From assembly GCA_951406725.2 (NCBI GenBank), contig OX597826.1, positions 28,768,001 through 28,832,000 on the forward strand: a DNA stretch of 64,000 nt, read 5' to 3'. Origin of the DNA: Octopus vulgaris (taxonomy: Eukaryota). The stretch's first letter is position 1. Each line of letters begins with the position of its first letter. Both the position numbers and the translations under genes were made by a program. This document shows positions 1 through 15,944 of the stretch, piece by piece. Below the pieces are notes generated by a model that worked only from the letters and a program-made list of their open reading frames with translations, had not been told where the DNA came from and made no database searches.

Positions 1-1300
<1,300 letters not shown>

Positions 1301-2319
1301 AAATGAAAAAAATATATATATATATGTATAAAAACGTATCAAAACAACAAAAAAAAAGGATTGGGAGATAGGATGGATGACAAATGTACAAAGTTAAAGA
1401 AAGAAAAACGAGGCAAAAATGAGAAAAATAACGAAAACAAAATGAAGGGCAACGCCATTGAATTTTGTTCCGTTCCAATCACATTATCCTAAAATTTGTC
1501 TTAAAACATTCGTATTGGAGTGTGTTTATATGTATGTGTGCCTATGTGAGTGTGTGCGCGTGTGTATGTGTGTGCGTGTGTATGTGTGTGCGTGTTGGTG
1601 TGAATGTGGCTGTGATGAGTTGTACGTTTGTCGATGTATATATGTATGTGTGCATGTGTCTGTGTGTTTCTACGCGTATGTGTGTGTGTATTTATGATTG
1701 TGGGTGTTTATGTACACATGTGTACATATATGTGTGTAGCTGTGTGGTTGTATGTGTGTGCATCTGCACGTGTATGTTTGTCTTCATATATGTATTTATA
1801 AGTGTGTGTGTGTATGTAAGTGTGTATGTATATATATGTCTCTCTATATATGTATATGTATAATTATGTATACGCGTCCATGTAAGTATGTATGTATGTA
1901 TGTGTGTGTGTCTGCATGTACATATGTGTGTGAGCCTAAGAGTAAATGTAGTTAATGTGTGCGTATATATGTATGTGTGAATATGTGAGAAATGGTAAGA
2001 GAGAGAGAGAGAGAGGGGGGAGAGAGAGTTAGAAAGAGAGAAAAAACGATAGAATGAGTGAAAGAGAAAGCTACAAAATGAAGAAAATAGCAAAATATAA
2101 AATAGAATCGAAGAGAATGGAATAAAAAGAAGAGAAAAATTCAAGAAGAGCTGTCGATATTCGGTTTAGAAAACGAGGTGTCTTTATCGTCTGTGATTTC
2201 ACTGGTAGCCATTAACCGGCAGACGACTGGTATTATCTCTTTATCGACCATTCTGCAGTGTTGGCTTGAGGCGAAATACAGAGAGGGAAAAGAGAGGAAA
2301 ATACAAAATAGAACGGAAA

Positions 2320-2349
2320 AATAACAATAGCAGCAGCAACAACAACGGC

Positions 2350-2423
<74 letters not shown>

Positions 2424-2447
2424 TAATAATAATAATAATAATAATAA

Positions 2448-2496
<49 letters not shown>

Positions 2497-2899
2497 TGCT
2501 GTTGTTGTAGTGGTTGTAGTAGTAGTAGTAATGAAAACGACAAGGACGACCAAGACGATGGTGATGATGATGATGATGATGATGATGAAGATGACGAAGG
2601 AAGAAGAAAGGGAGGTGGAGGAGGTAGGAATAGATAGCAGGAGCTAGAAGGAGGAGGAGGGAAAAGAAGGAAGACGAAGAAGTATAATTAAGTACATGAA
2701 GGAGGAGGAGAAACGGGACAATAACAAGAACATGAAGCAATGAAGAACAAGGACGAGAAGACATAATATCAACAACAACAACAACAACAAAAAAATAATA
2801 ATGACGATGGCGATGACGACGACGATAATGATGATGATGATAAAGACGTCGACGACAATGATGATAGTGATAAAGACGACGACGACGATGATAATGATA

Positions 2900-2942
<43 letters not shown>

Positions 2943-3230
2943 GGATGATGATAAGGATGATGATGACGGTGGTAGTACACTGGATGATGATGGCTGAGAA
3001 AAGGAGAGAAAATGAATGAGTGAGATGACGTAGAAGAAGGAAAAGAAGAAGAAGAAGAAGAAGAAGAAGAAGAAGAAGAATGAGAAGAAGAAGAAGAAGA
3101 AGAAGAAGAAGAATGAGAAGAAGAAGAAGAAGAAGAAGAAGAAGAAGAAGAAGAAGGAGAAGAAGGAGAAGAAGAAGAAGAAGAAGAAGAAGAAGAAAAA
3201 GAGGAAGAAGAAGAAGAAGGAGAAGAAGAA

Positions 3231-3265
<35 letters not shown>

Positions 3266-3272
3266 AGAAGAA

Positions 3273-3340
<68 letters not shown>

Positions 3341-3400
3341 GGAAGAAGAAGAGGAAGAAGAAGAGGAAGAAGAAGAGGAAGGGGAACAACAACATGAGAA
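2320..3400. repeat. Compound (TAA)/(TAG)/(GAT)/(GAA) microsatellites
   Basis: Read directly from the sequence. Confidence 0.97.
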
Positions 3401-4049
3401 AGATACAAAACGAAAAAAAAACGAAAGAAATAAAAAAACAGAAAGGAAGTAAAAAAAGAACACTAAAAGTAAATGAAGAAAACGATAAAAACAAACAAAA
3501 CGAAACAAAAAGAATTTTAAAAAATGGCGCCCAAGAAAACCCCCAGAAGGAGAATAGAAGGGGAAAAAAGTAAAAAGAAAGAGAAAGTGTAAATAATATA
3601 TAAAAGTAAAAATCAACAGAAAATAAATAAAATAACACAAACAAAATGGGAACTAAGGAAGAAAAGAAAAGCAGGAAGGACGGAAGGAAGGCCGGAAGCA
3701 AAAGAAAGTGATTCTAAACCAAATTCCCTTAAAATGATGCTTGGAGCTTTTAAGTTGGAACAACTTTTAAGTATAGCACCGCTAAAAGGTAAGTTAAAGT
3801 AACTAGCTAAGATGGCGGCCGAAAAACATAGCAAAGCGCTCATATCTGACGGACTAATGTACTACGACTGCTTCCGGCCAAATGTAAATGTCCTACCGAC
3901 CAGCGCCGCCACCATTACCATCGCCGCCACCATTACCGCCGCCGCCACCATTACCACCGACACCACCAACGCCACCATCGCCATCACTGCCACCGCTTAT
4001 TCATAAGTTTGATATATCGTAATGATTTCTACTCCATATTTCTTCCTAT

Positions 4050-4216
4050 CCATATACATACATATAAACACGCACACACATACATACATACATACATACA
4101 TACATACATACATACATACATACATACATACATACATACATACATACATACATACATACATACATACATACATACATACATACATACATACATACATACA
4201 TACATACATACATACA

Positions 4217-4248
<32 letters not shown>

Positions 4249-4375
4249 CACATGTGTGTGAGTGTGTGTGTGGGCGTAAACATTCATACATACGTACATA
4301 CTTACATTTGTACATATATGTTTACGCATGACATGAATATATAAATGCATGTATATATATATGTATATATATAGA

Positions 4376-4408
<33 letters not shown>

Positions 4409-4581
4409 ATGTATGTATGTATGTATGTATGTATGTGTGTCTGTATGTATGCATTCCCTTTTTTAACTATTTTCTTTCCTCACTGTGTATACGTACGTAA
4501 CTCACTCTCTCTGCTTTTTCTGTTGTCAGACTTTAGGTATGTATAAATATGTCTGTATACATGTATGTCGTGAGCTGAAAC

Positions 4582-4658
<77 letters not shown>

Positions 4659-4848
4659 ATATATGTATATATATATGTATATATATGTATATATACAAGG
4701 GGAAGGTTTACCAGAATAAACAAAAGACGAAGGCAGGTGGAGCACAAACAGACAAATGTATTAGTATGGCGCTCAGATACACACATATATATATATACAT
4801 ATATATATATATATGTATATACACATACATAAATAAATTCATACATGA

Positions 4849-4906
<58 letters not shown>

Positions 4907-5044
4907 TACACGCATGCATTCACACATACATATATAAAGATGTATGTGTCTGTGTGTCCGAATGTGTACATGTATATGTTTATGTATGTATTCCTGTATA
5001 TATATTTGTATGTATGTATATATGTTTGTATATATGTACGTATG

Positions 5045-5076
<32 letters not shown>

Positions 5077-5124
5077 TAAATATCTATCTATATATATATA
5101 AGTATATACATACATGTATCTATA

Positions 5125-5198
<74 letters not shown>

Positions 5199-5200
5199 CG
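4050..5200. repeat. (CATA)n, (TA)n and (TC)n microsatellite field
   Basis: Read directly from the sequence. Confidence 0.97.
4697..4780 (-). mobile_element. Terminal fragment of the 41409/60922 family in (TA)n
   Basis: gggaaggttta...aaacaaaagacgaaggcaggtggag...tattagtatggcgctcag is shared with 41409 and 60922. Truncated before the HHR. Confidence 0.7.
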
Positions 5201-5519
5201 AAAGTATGATAAGCACAAGTTTATATTTATTACCTCGGTGCAACCTAGAGCTGATGATGTTAAAGTACGTGGAGCTCTAAACCTACCAGTCTTACATTTA
5301 ATTACACACGCAAGATATACTTTGCACATACATACATACACACACACACGCACACACATGTAGACACTCAAACACACACACTAACACACACACGCACACA
5401 CGTTCTAAAAGTACTTTGATTTTCAATTCTATCTTGCATCACTCTAGTAATCCTAACCTCACAATTCAGGACGTGATTCAGTTGAACAATTAGTAATTTT
5501 GAACAGACACCAAACGAAT

Positions 5520-6076
5520 AATCGTTTCTATTCTAGGCAAAAGGTCCGAAATTTTGGGGTGGGTGCCAATCGATTAGATCGATCCCAGTACGCAACTGGT
5601 ACTTAATTTGTCGAACTCGGTGGAATTTGAACTCAGAACATAAAGACAGACAAAATACCTATTTCTTTACTACACAAAAGGGGCTAAACACAGAGAGGAC
5701 AAACAAGGACAGACAAACGGATTAAATCGATTATATCGATCCCAGTGCGTAACTGGTACTTATTTAATCTATCCCGAAATGATGAAAGGCAAAGTCGACC
5801 TCGGCAGAATTTGAACTCAGAACGTAGCGGCAGACAAAATACCTATTTCTTTACTACTGACAAGGGGCTAAACACAGAGAGGACAAACAAGGACAGACAA
5901 ACAGATTAAGTCGATTATATCGACCCCAGTGCGTAACTGGTACTTAATTTATCGACCCCGAAGGGATGAAAGGCAAAGTTGACCTCGGCGGAATTTGAAC
6001 TCAGAACGTAACGGCAGACGAAATATCGCTAAGCATTTCGCCCGTCGTGCTAACGTTTCTGCCAGCACGTCGTCTT
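5520..6076 (-). mobile_element. tRNA-derived SINE family A, trimeric copy with 15 bp TSD
   Basis: Head with A box TGGCAGAAACG and B box GAGTTCAAATTCC. Three repeated bodies. TSD AGACACCAAACGAAT at 5505-5519 and 6077-6091. Confidence 0.85.
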
Positions 6077-6715
6077 AGACACCAAACGAATGATGCTTAA
6101 GTAAGTATTTAATATGGCTTTAGTAATTTGTAAATATGGCTACGGGGTTAAAAACCTCGCTTTAGATCGATAAGGTCTCTTTTGCTCGGATCTGCTGAGT
6201 GGAACTGTTGCGCAAGTGTATTCATTTAAAATTTATTCGCTTATTTTTTAGTTGTAATAGTTTAATTTATTTTAGTCCTGACGAGATGGCAATGCTGATG
6301 TTATTTTTGAGGGTCCTTGAGAGCGGAGAGAGGAAAACAGAAGAGAAGGGGTGTAAAGCTTTAATCAATCTGTTGGTGCGACTCGAATCCTTACAATCGA
6401 GAATTCTCCGCTAAATATACGAGTATGAATTATGAAAGCGAAGTTCCTTTTATTGTGACAACAGGAGGTTGTGCGTCGAATCTATGTCAGATATCGAGTC
6501 ATTTAGCTATTTTATAAAACATTTGCGCTGTTATAGTTATTCAAATGAATTCTAGATGGAATCGGTAGAGTAAGCAACAATAGATTCTTTAATGGAATTC
6601 CTAGCGTCATCGCCTTACATTTTTCATGTTGTTGCAATTTTAAGACGTGCAGTTTCTCTCTGAGAAAGAAGCGTTACAAATGTGCTAACGACTAAGAGGT
6701 ACCGATAGATACTAA

Positions 6716-6777
6716 GAAAACGAAGTAATTTTTGATCACACGGAAACGAAGTAATTTTTGATCACACGGAAACGAAA
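6716..6777. repeat. 27 bp tandem duplication
   Basis: aaacgaagtaatttttgatcacacgg occurs about 2.3 times. Confidence 0.9.
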
Positions 6778-6892
6778 TAACAAAGACATAAAATTTCTTT
6801 ATCGTTTTTAAAATGATAAATAGAAATATTATAATTAAAACATATATTCCGAACAAGTGTGTCGTAAAAAAAAAACCTAAACCTATATATGA

Positions 6893-7262
6893 CTTCCCAA
6901 CCACATGATTCCGGATTTAGTCCCACTGCGTGGCACTTTGAGCAAGTGTCTTCTACTATAGAATCGGGCCGACCAAAGCCTTGTGAGTGGATTTGGTAGA
7001 AGGAAACTGAAAGAAGCCTGTCACACATATATATATATGTGTGTGCACATTTGTGTCAGTGTCTATGTTTCTCGCCACACCACCGCTTGAGAACCGATAT
7101 TGGTGTGTTTACGTCCCCGTAACTTAGCGGTTCGGCAAAAGAGACCGATACAATAAGTGCTAAGCTTACATAGAATAAGTCCTGGGGTCGATTTGGTTGA
7201 CTAAAGGCGATGCTCCAGTATGGCTGCAGTCAAATATAAAAGAATAAAAGTAAAAAGTAAAA
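6893..7262 (+). mobile_element. SINE family B (tRNA head, internal TA/TG microsatellite, LINE-like tail)
   Basis: Head ...agtcccactgcgtggcac...caagtgtcttctactata. Tail ggcgatgctccagtatggctgcag plus (taaaag)n. Other parts at 7885-7935, 12430-12550, 15350-15432, 23060-23280, 42510-42672, 55605-55795. Confidence 0.75.
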
Positions 7263-8244
7263 GAAAAAAAATTATTCTTTTGCTAGCATTACAAACCAAA
7301 TGGAGGTCTTAAACAATGGCCGAATCCAGTTAAAGAAAAAAAATGTGGTAACTTTATGTTCCAGTAGGTGATGCATCCTTGCCTGAAGAATTATTAACGA
7401 GATTCCCTACTCTGGATTCAGCTGAAGGAAACCCTACCTGGTGTGTGGAACGAAGTGTGGTCCATTAACAGGTTGCAGCATGTATAAGTGTATATACAGT
7501 GTTCAAACTGAGGGCGGGGAAGGGAAGTAGAACAAACCAGTGCGCTATATACCTGTTCGTTGTTTGATGTCATAATACATAGGACCATGTAACACAACTG
7601 TTACAAGGGATATTAGTTCAGTGGTGACGCCAACCCTCGGTTCGGTGTGCCTTTGTGACATAGGACAGGAAGATGGAGAGCGCCGAGTTATATGAAATGA
7701 CATGTGGTCGAGTGAGGTTCCAGGACTGTACTATGGGTGCAAAAATAAAGACGATGTGAACTGGTGGAGCAGGATATAAGATTCAGTTGCTACATTGTGG
7801 CAATATGAGTCGTTTGGGTGCTTTCTGTACAGAAGAGCTGGAAATGAAGAGAAAGAGAGAAAGCAGATAAGCAGAAGTATCACCTGTTGAAGGAGACCAC
7901 TTTCAAGACACTTGCCCAAGGTGCCACGCATGGGTCCTTGTGGGAAAATAAAACAAAAGATTATTTTTATTATTATTATTGTTGTTGTTTTTGTTGTTGT
8001 TGTTGTTGTTATTCTTTTATAAGTAGTAGTGGTATCATTTTTTTAACCAACACCACCACCATCATCACCATCACCATCGTCGTCGCCGTCGTGGTCGTCG
8101 TTGTCGTCGTCACCGCAGCCCTCGTCATCGTCGTCGTCATTGTTTTGACACGAGGATGAATTATTAAGTAACGAAGCCTTTGTCGTACGTTTACAACCCT
8201 GGCCACTGTTTCTAAATAAAAGAAAGAAAGAAAAATCTCCAAGC

Positions 8245-8315
<71 letters not shown>

Positions 8316-8357
8316 TAATAATAATAGCAACAACAATAATAACAATGGCGATGATGT

Positions 8358-8388
<31 letters not shown>

Positions 8389-8701
8389 AATAATGAGGAT
8401 GATGATGCACAGATATACACACAGCACAGCTCCAAGGTGAAAAATACTTCATTGGCCAACAAAACTGAACAGAAGAATGGTAAATTTATGAAGATGTAGA
8501 GAATGAGAGAGAGAGAGAGAAGGGGGAGTGAAAGGGGGAGAGAGAGGCAGAGAGGGATGGAGAAAGAGTATGGGGCAGAGGGGTTGAAAACGAGAGAAAA
8601 ATAGTGAAATTATTTCACAAGAGACTTCCCACGCAGGATGCACGCCATTAATTATGTCACATCAAACACAATCAACTCAAAAACAAAACAGAGGAAAAGG
8701 G

Positions 8702-8745
<44 letters not shown>

Positions 8746-8787
8746 AAACAGAGAGAGGGGAAGGGGAAAGAGAGAGAAGTGGAAGGA

Positions 8788-8821
<34 letters not shown>

Positions 8822-8986
8822 CGAAAGAATGTCACCCTTATGTATGAAAATATAAAACAAGTGTTCCTGGGGAAAAAGAAAAAGACAACAAACAAGAATT
8901 CTGTATAAAGGCGAAAAGAAAGAAAAGGGGACGTGCATACATCAACAACTACTACTACTACTAGTACCACCACCACCACCACCACC

Positions 8987-9312
<326 letters not shown>

Positions 9313-9330
9313 AATAATAATAATAATAAT

Positions 9331-9424
<94 letters not shown>

Positions 9425-9439
9425 TAATAAAAATAATAA

Positions 9440-9485
<46 letters not shown>

Positions 9486-9539
9486 TAATAATAATAATAA
9501 TAACAACAACAACAATAATAATTAAAATAATAATAGTGA

Positions 9540-9573
<34 letters not shown>

Positions 9574-9587
9574 GATGGTGGTGATGA

Positions 9588-9621
<34 letters not shown>

Positions 9622-9654
9622 GGTGGTGGTGGTGGTGGTGATGATGATGATGAT

Positions 9655-10103
9655 GCCAAAATCCTATGGGACTTTGATTTCTAGACAGACAGAGTGTTAG
9701 AGCGCTGATGGCCGGATATAGTAGCTTTAGGAGGGACAAACAAGAGAGCCTAATAATCAACGTAGCAGTGCCAGGAGATCAACACACCATCATGAAAGAA
9801 AGAGGAAAAGTTGATAAATATTGAGACCTGAGAATTGAGATCGCTAAGATGTGGCAGCTGCGAGAGTCGAATATAAAGCTTATCCCTGTTGTCATCTGAA
9901 AAAAATAAAAAAATCTGAAAACCTTAGTGATACCCTACAATCAAAGTGTATTGTAAAAGTCGGCATTACTTGGAACTGCACGCATATTGCGTAAAGTACT
10001 GTCTGTCTAAGGTCCTTGTTGTGACTTGACAGTCAGTACAAACCACCAGTAGACACAATCTCTTCAATCAACAATCTCACGATATTGTATACGACGTCTA
10101 TGG
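9655..10103 (+). mobile_element. R4/Dong-like RLE non-LTR retrotransposon 3' fragment (pseudogenised) in (TAA)n/(GAT)n
   Basis: KILWDFDF...WPDIV...NVAVPGD...LRIEIAKMWQ...IPVVI...SALLGTARILRKVLSV* (stop 10008-10010), a short UTR, then (TAA)n. Confidence 0.85.
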
Positions 10104-10117
10104 TAATAATAATAATG

Positions 10118-10179
<62 letters not shown>

Positions 10180-12141
10180 CAAAAACGTAAATTGCTGGGA
10201 ACAAAAGACCGCATGGCTTTTGTTTCTTCCCGCTGGTCTAATGATTCTTTTAGGTGGCTGCCATTATAAAGATTTTTAATTTAGGTAGAAGGCCAACGAT
10301 TTTGAGGAGAGGGGCAAATCGATACTAACTCCCTCTTTTATCGTGCTCGAAAGAATGAAAAAGAGATGTCACAAATGAAACAAGGTATATTTTTCACACT
10401 ATAAGGATTCTAGCTGATAGAAAAGTAAGCGTACGGGACAAATTGCTGGTCTTATGCCTAAATGAAACAAGATGTTATTGAATCCGGAACTTGACTTCTT
10501 CTGACTTTGCCATTTCACCGTCAGAAGAATTATAAGAAAAATTAAATTACGGCAAAAAAAAAAAATACATATTCTCCACAGCCATTTGTATGGTGCTTGT
10601 AGAGTAAAGTATCGGTAATGGTATCTTCATGTTATGTTCATCCGTCGGAGCGACCAGGACCCTCAGAAGAACTGGTAATGACTTGCGTGATGATTTTGCC
10701 TAAAGCGAAGAAGAATTGCATACCGTCAACCTCACTCTTTCATCCGTAACTCTCTTCAATACAATGACAAGACCAAGTCAAGACGACTAGGGATGGAGAC
10801 GGATGCAGTGTTTGCCCAACGTATCTTATTGACCTGATTTTCCTCTCAGCACTTCACAATGCGTCACTGCAGCCACCTACCGCGACGTTGAGCTATAAAA
10901 GTAAAAAAAGTAGAGTGTTGGGTTGAATAATATCTTGGTTTATTTCGACACAAGACCAACACTTTTGAGGGGAGGGGATAATTCGATACCATCGATTCCT
11001 GTGCTTACCTGATATTTACATTATTAACCCCTAAAGGGTAAAAGTTATATTGACCTCAACGGAATTTGAAACCTGAGCGTAAAAAGTCAATCAGATCCAG
11101 CCTTCACATACTCAGGTAAGCAAACCCTAATATGGTAATTAACTCAGATCCTAACAGTTGCTAGGACTCCGGGTCCAGATATGGGAATAATAGTGATTAA
11201 GAGACGCTTCCATATTCTTCAAAACCCTGAGACTCCTGAACCAAGGTTCTCTCCATAATCGGATACCGTTTTGAGTCATTAATCCAAAATAAATATTTTA
11301 TCGTTTTCTTTTTAGTTACTATTATAGTTTCACTCGGGATACCAGTTAACAGATGAAACGTTCATCACGAATGGCTAATGTGGAGGTGATTTTTGCTGCC
11401 CTCAGTATCTTTTAAACCGTACTTACATTTCTGCGACGTATTAAAAGAAAACAAAAAAATTCATAACAAGCAAACCATTTTTCTAAATCCAATTCTTGTG
11501 TAATTGTATTAATAATTATAATTATCTGACATTTTCATTCTTCTCCTTCCATTCAAACACAATAATCTCCAACCAATACTTTTAATATTTCGCTACTACA
11601 ACTCTGACAACATGTAGTAGATCGTAGATCCCAAATTTCGGCATAAATTTACATTGCTATCGCTATTCCCATTGTCGTTATTATTGTTGCTATCGCTATT
11701 GCTATCGTTGTTGCTGCTATTGTTGGTATCGTTCCTAATTGTTTTTCTGGTGACTATTTCTCTTTCTTTCCCTCTCTTCGCGTAATTTTCTAATTTATTC
11801 TATCGATTTCTTGTATAAAATACAATATTGATTTCTGATAATTTTTCAATTTATAATATTGAATCTTTAGTTAATGATCTCCGCAACAGCTAGTGTGTGT
11901 CTATACTAATTACTGCCTATTTTGTCATCGATTTCTCAACCCGGTTACTAATCTAATTCGCCTCCAGTCTGTGCTGGCTCACGTTTTTCTGTTTGTTTGC
12001 TACGTTTTGAGATATTGCGATATGTATGATGGTTGTTTGTGTAAATAAAAGCTACCCTATTCGTCTTGTACCGTATACATGCGCTCACACACACACGCAT
12101 ACACACACACTCACACACACACACATATACATGTATATGTA

Positions 12142-12177
<36 letters not shown>

Positions 12178-12271
12178 ATCCATACACGAAAGCACAAAAA
12201 AACACAACAACGCGAGGACGTGGAACAAATATAGTATTATTGGACGCTCAGGAAAGAAGGAAAGAAGGAGA

Positions 12272-12306
12272 GTTTAACGTTTCGAGCGGAGCTCTTCGTC
12301 AGAAAC
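12272..12306 (-). ncRNA. Minimal hammerhead ribozyme in short (TA)n-inserted element (about 12172-12385)
   Basis: Minus strand gttt-CTGACGA-a-gagc(tcc)gctc-GAAA-cg-TT-aaac. Confidence 0.75.
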
Positions 12307-12647
12307 ATAGGAGAAGGAAAGATCCAGAGAAGGGAAGACAGAGGGAAAAAATGCCAATGGTACACACGCGGTCACATTTTGAATCATATATATATATGTA
12401 TATGTATGTATATAAATATAGATAGATAGATTGGCGTGGAGGTTTGGTAAATAGCTTGCTTACCAACCACATGGATCCAGGTTCAGTCCCACTGCGTGGC
12501 ACTTTGGGCAAATGTCTTCTACTATATAAATTCAGGCCGACCAAAGCCTGGTATATATATATATATACTTACACACACACATACTGACACAATTATCTAT
12601 ACACACACATAGATACATATACATATATATACACATACATACATACT

Positions 12648-12699
<52 letters not shown>

Positions 12700-12773
12700 T
12701 ATATACTTAAATATGTACATATATATATATGTATATGTATATATATATATAAATATATATATACATACATGCA

Positions 12774-12835
<62 letters not shown>

Positions 12836-12842
<7 letters not shown>

Positions 12843-13104
12843 TGTTGAAATGGAAAGATGAATTATCTTGTTACGGATTATTCAAAAGTTTAACCGATAC
12901 CTGGGTAGCAAAAATCACAGCAGAAAAAACACGGTTGGAGATATGACCATATGGTGTTGCAACCGTGCGTTGGTGCGGATAATTGAAGTTTAATATAATT
13001 AGTGAATGGAAGAAATGGAGTTGAACGAAGATTGAACAGAATTCCTTTTATTACATTCTACACATGTTTCAAAGGCCACAATTTTCCAAATTCTGATTAA
13101 ATAA

Positions 13105-13108
<4 letters not shown>
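12836..13108. mobile_element. Rearranged copy of the 29776-30068 HHR element
   Basis: 12836-12968 matches the reverse complement of about 29940-30068. About 12997-13108 matches 29776-29888 directly. Both ends lie in (TA)n. Confidence 0.8.
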
Positions 13109-13181
<73 letters not shown>

Positions 13182-13301
13182 CAAAATTAAGCGCACAACC
13201 GAATGAGCTACTAATAGTTTCATGCTAGTATGATACTTAAACAGGAATATTTATCAAACATGTATCCTTAAGCGATCTTTCCAGCTCTTATTTATACGCT
13301 A

Positions 13302-13598
13302 CTAGCAGTATCGCCCGGCGTTGCACGGGTTTGTAAGGGCAATAACTATGAAGCATTTTTAGAGAGTTACTTCCCTTATATAATAGCAAAAAAATGCATT
13401 AAAATGGAAACAAATGATGGTAAATTATTTTTAAAATCGTAGACTCATCGTAGACGCGCGCTAATACCCAGAAGGGCTCGATATGAATCACGACTATAAG
13501 ATACCCGGTTTTGGTTAAACTGCACCGCAAAATGTGGGAGTAGTTAGGAATCTAAATCGTAGGAGACAGACACACAACTTCACTTTTATATATAAAGA
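13302..13598 (-). mobile_element. Non-autonomous Helitron
   Basis: The minus strand starts A|TC(TTTATATATAAAAG) and ends with the hairpin CCCGTGCAACGCCGGG plus CTAG|T. Confidence 0.8.
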
Positions 13599-13699
13599 TT
13601 TGTGCAACAACTAAAACATTCGGTTGTGCAAATTGTTTGCACAGGAAACCTGCCCTGTGTGGCGGTTTTTGCCGTTTTTGTGGATCTGTTTCAGCTTTT

Positions 13700-14101
13700 T
13701 TAGCGATTTCTGTTTTGGCGACTTCAAGCCATGAAGTCGTTGTTCTAAAAGAACGCTGGTCTCCTTGACAACGCTTTACGACGTTGATTTCCTTACACTC
13801 CCTTCCCCAGAGCTACACGAGGGAGGGAATAAGGGGGAGAAGCAACACAGGTGCAGGTGTGAGCATGGACGCCAACTCCGCCGCCATCGACACACGAAAA
13901 AATATGCGTTAAAATGGAAAAAAATTATGGTAAATTATTTTTAAAATCGTAGACGCGCGCTAATACCCAGACGGGCTCGATATGAATCACGACTATAAGA
14001 TACCCGAATTTGGTTAAACTGCACCGCAAAATGTGGGAGTAGTTAGGAATCTAAATCGTAGGAGACAGACACTCACACAACTTCACTTTTATATATATAG
14101 A
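13700..14101 (-). mobile_element. Helitron copy retaining the 5' end but lacking its own 3' end
   Basis: Near-identical to about 38290-38701 and to 13385-13598. Confidence 0.75.
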
Positions 14102-14606
14102 TATATAATTTTTAAAAACAAGAACGCCTGACAGGAAGAATATATGAATCTGTGTGTATGTGTGTGTGTGTGTGTGTGTGTGCTCTCATCCAAAATGACT
14201 GGCCGACGCGACCTGAAGATAATTTGGGCTTTTACCTAGATTTGAAACTAATTCTGTTTGCTCATCCGTCTCAAAAGCTGTAATAGATTTGTGAATTCTA
14301 TGTATTTTTTTATTTTCGACTTAATTTGTGAAGGATGTTTATAACATTAAAAGCAAAAACAAAAGCGAAAAAAGAGAGAGAGAACATAGTTTGTATCCTT
14401 TTAGTTAAAATTAAATTTCAGTATTGCAACCAAATCCAAAATAATTACAAATAAATGAAGAAAAGAACTGATTTCCTAATTCCACCAAACAATATCAATA
14501 TTGTCTTCTTTTTTACTCTTTCTTTAACTTGTTTCAGTCAATAGACTGCGACCAAGCTAGAGCACAAACTTGAAGGATATCTAGTCAAATGAATCATATC
14601 CAGTAC

Positions 14607-14644
<38 letters not shown>

Positions 14645-14910
14645 GCCTTTGCACAGCCTCTAACGCTGGAGATGTACTACGGTGTCAGTGAACTAAGGTA
14701 ACACCTCTTATATTTCGAGTACCTTCCGGCGTATTCGAGCGGTTCCAAGGAGTGCTGTTTTCTCCAAGTGCTCCACCCTTATTGCAGACCCTATTTGTTC
14801 CATGTACTTCTTGAGATTTTTACTCACTGTTCCCAGGGCTCCGACAATTATTGGTACCACTACCACCTTTTTCGTAGACCACAACTGCTTTACCTCCCAA
14901 GCTAACGTGT
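14645..14910 (-). mobile_element. R4/Dong-like RLE retrotransposon 3' fragment in (TAA)n
   Basis: Minus strand WEVKQLWSTKKVVVVPIIVGALGTVSKNLKKYMEQIG...EKTALLGTARIRRKVLEI*. (AAT)n on both sides. Confidence 0.85.
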
Positions 14911-14943
14911 TATACCTATTAAATTTTCATTATTATTATTATA

Positions 14944-15056
<113 letters not shown>

Positions 15057-15063
15057 CACTATT

Positions 15064-15350
15064 AAGGCAGCGAGCTGGCAGAAACGTTAGCACGCCGGGC
15101 GAAATGCTTAGCGGTATTTCGTCTGCCGTTACGTTCTGAGTTCAAATTCCGCCAAGGTCGACTTTGCCTTTCATCCTTTCGGGGTCTATAAATCAAGTAC
15201 CAGTTACACATTGGGGTCGATGTAATCGACTTAAACCGTTAGTCTGTCCTTGTTTGTCCCCTCTGTGTTTAGCCCCTTGTGGGTAGTAAAGAAATAGGTA
15301 TTTCGTCTGCCGTTACGTTCTGAGTTCAAATTCCACCGGGGTCGACTTTG
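15064..15350 (+). mobile_element. SINE family A (partial dimer)
   Basis: ggcagcgagctggcagaaacgttagc...gagttcaaattccgcc...gcctttcatcctttcggggtc. Confidence 0.85.
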
Positions 15351-15944
15351 GGACTAAGGTGCCACGCAGTAGGACTGGACCCGGAACCATGTGGTCAAGA
15401 ACCAAACTTTTTACCCAGCCACGCTTGCGCCTTTGTTTATATATATATATATGAATTATATATATTTTAATATTTCAATATTTTTCAAGCAATTAAATTT
15501 TTACTTCTAAAAACCACACAAACTGTTTAATTGACTTTTCATATATTTCTTGGTGTTGTAAAAAATTTTCGTCGCAATTCTGTGAGCTAGCCAGTCACTC
15601 ATTTCTATTTTCGTCGCACCACCGCGACCTAGTTACTGACACAGTTCCATGATATTTACTTCAGTTTCAACCACTCCCTTCGTAGACAAACACATCTACA
15701 AAATATTTCTAAAATTTTTCAATATCCTACTAGATTCTGCTCGACCTAATACAAACGGCAGAAGGAAGTTATGCAACATTTAAACACCATGTAGCACATT
15801 CGAAACTGTTGAGAAGTTACCTTTAACTCTAAATCCTGTTGTAAGTATGAACATCTGTAAATGCTTCCAAGGGCGCAGAAGGAATTCCGACTCAGGTCAC
15901 AATCGTGGTTATCATTGTGCTTGCTGCTGTTGTTAGTTTGCTGG

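Noticed and set aside
2141-2270. Possible minus-strand terminal exon (MVDKEIIPVVCRLMATSE...*) after a polypyrimidine tract and AG
   Set aside because: Short, no recognisable homology and no partner exons. It needs RNA-seq support.
10600-10895. Minus-strand coding exon after a tttta-TAG acceptor
   Set aside because: All three frames reach a stop within about 13 codons.
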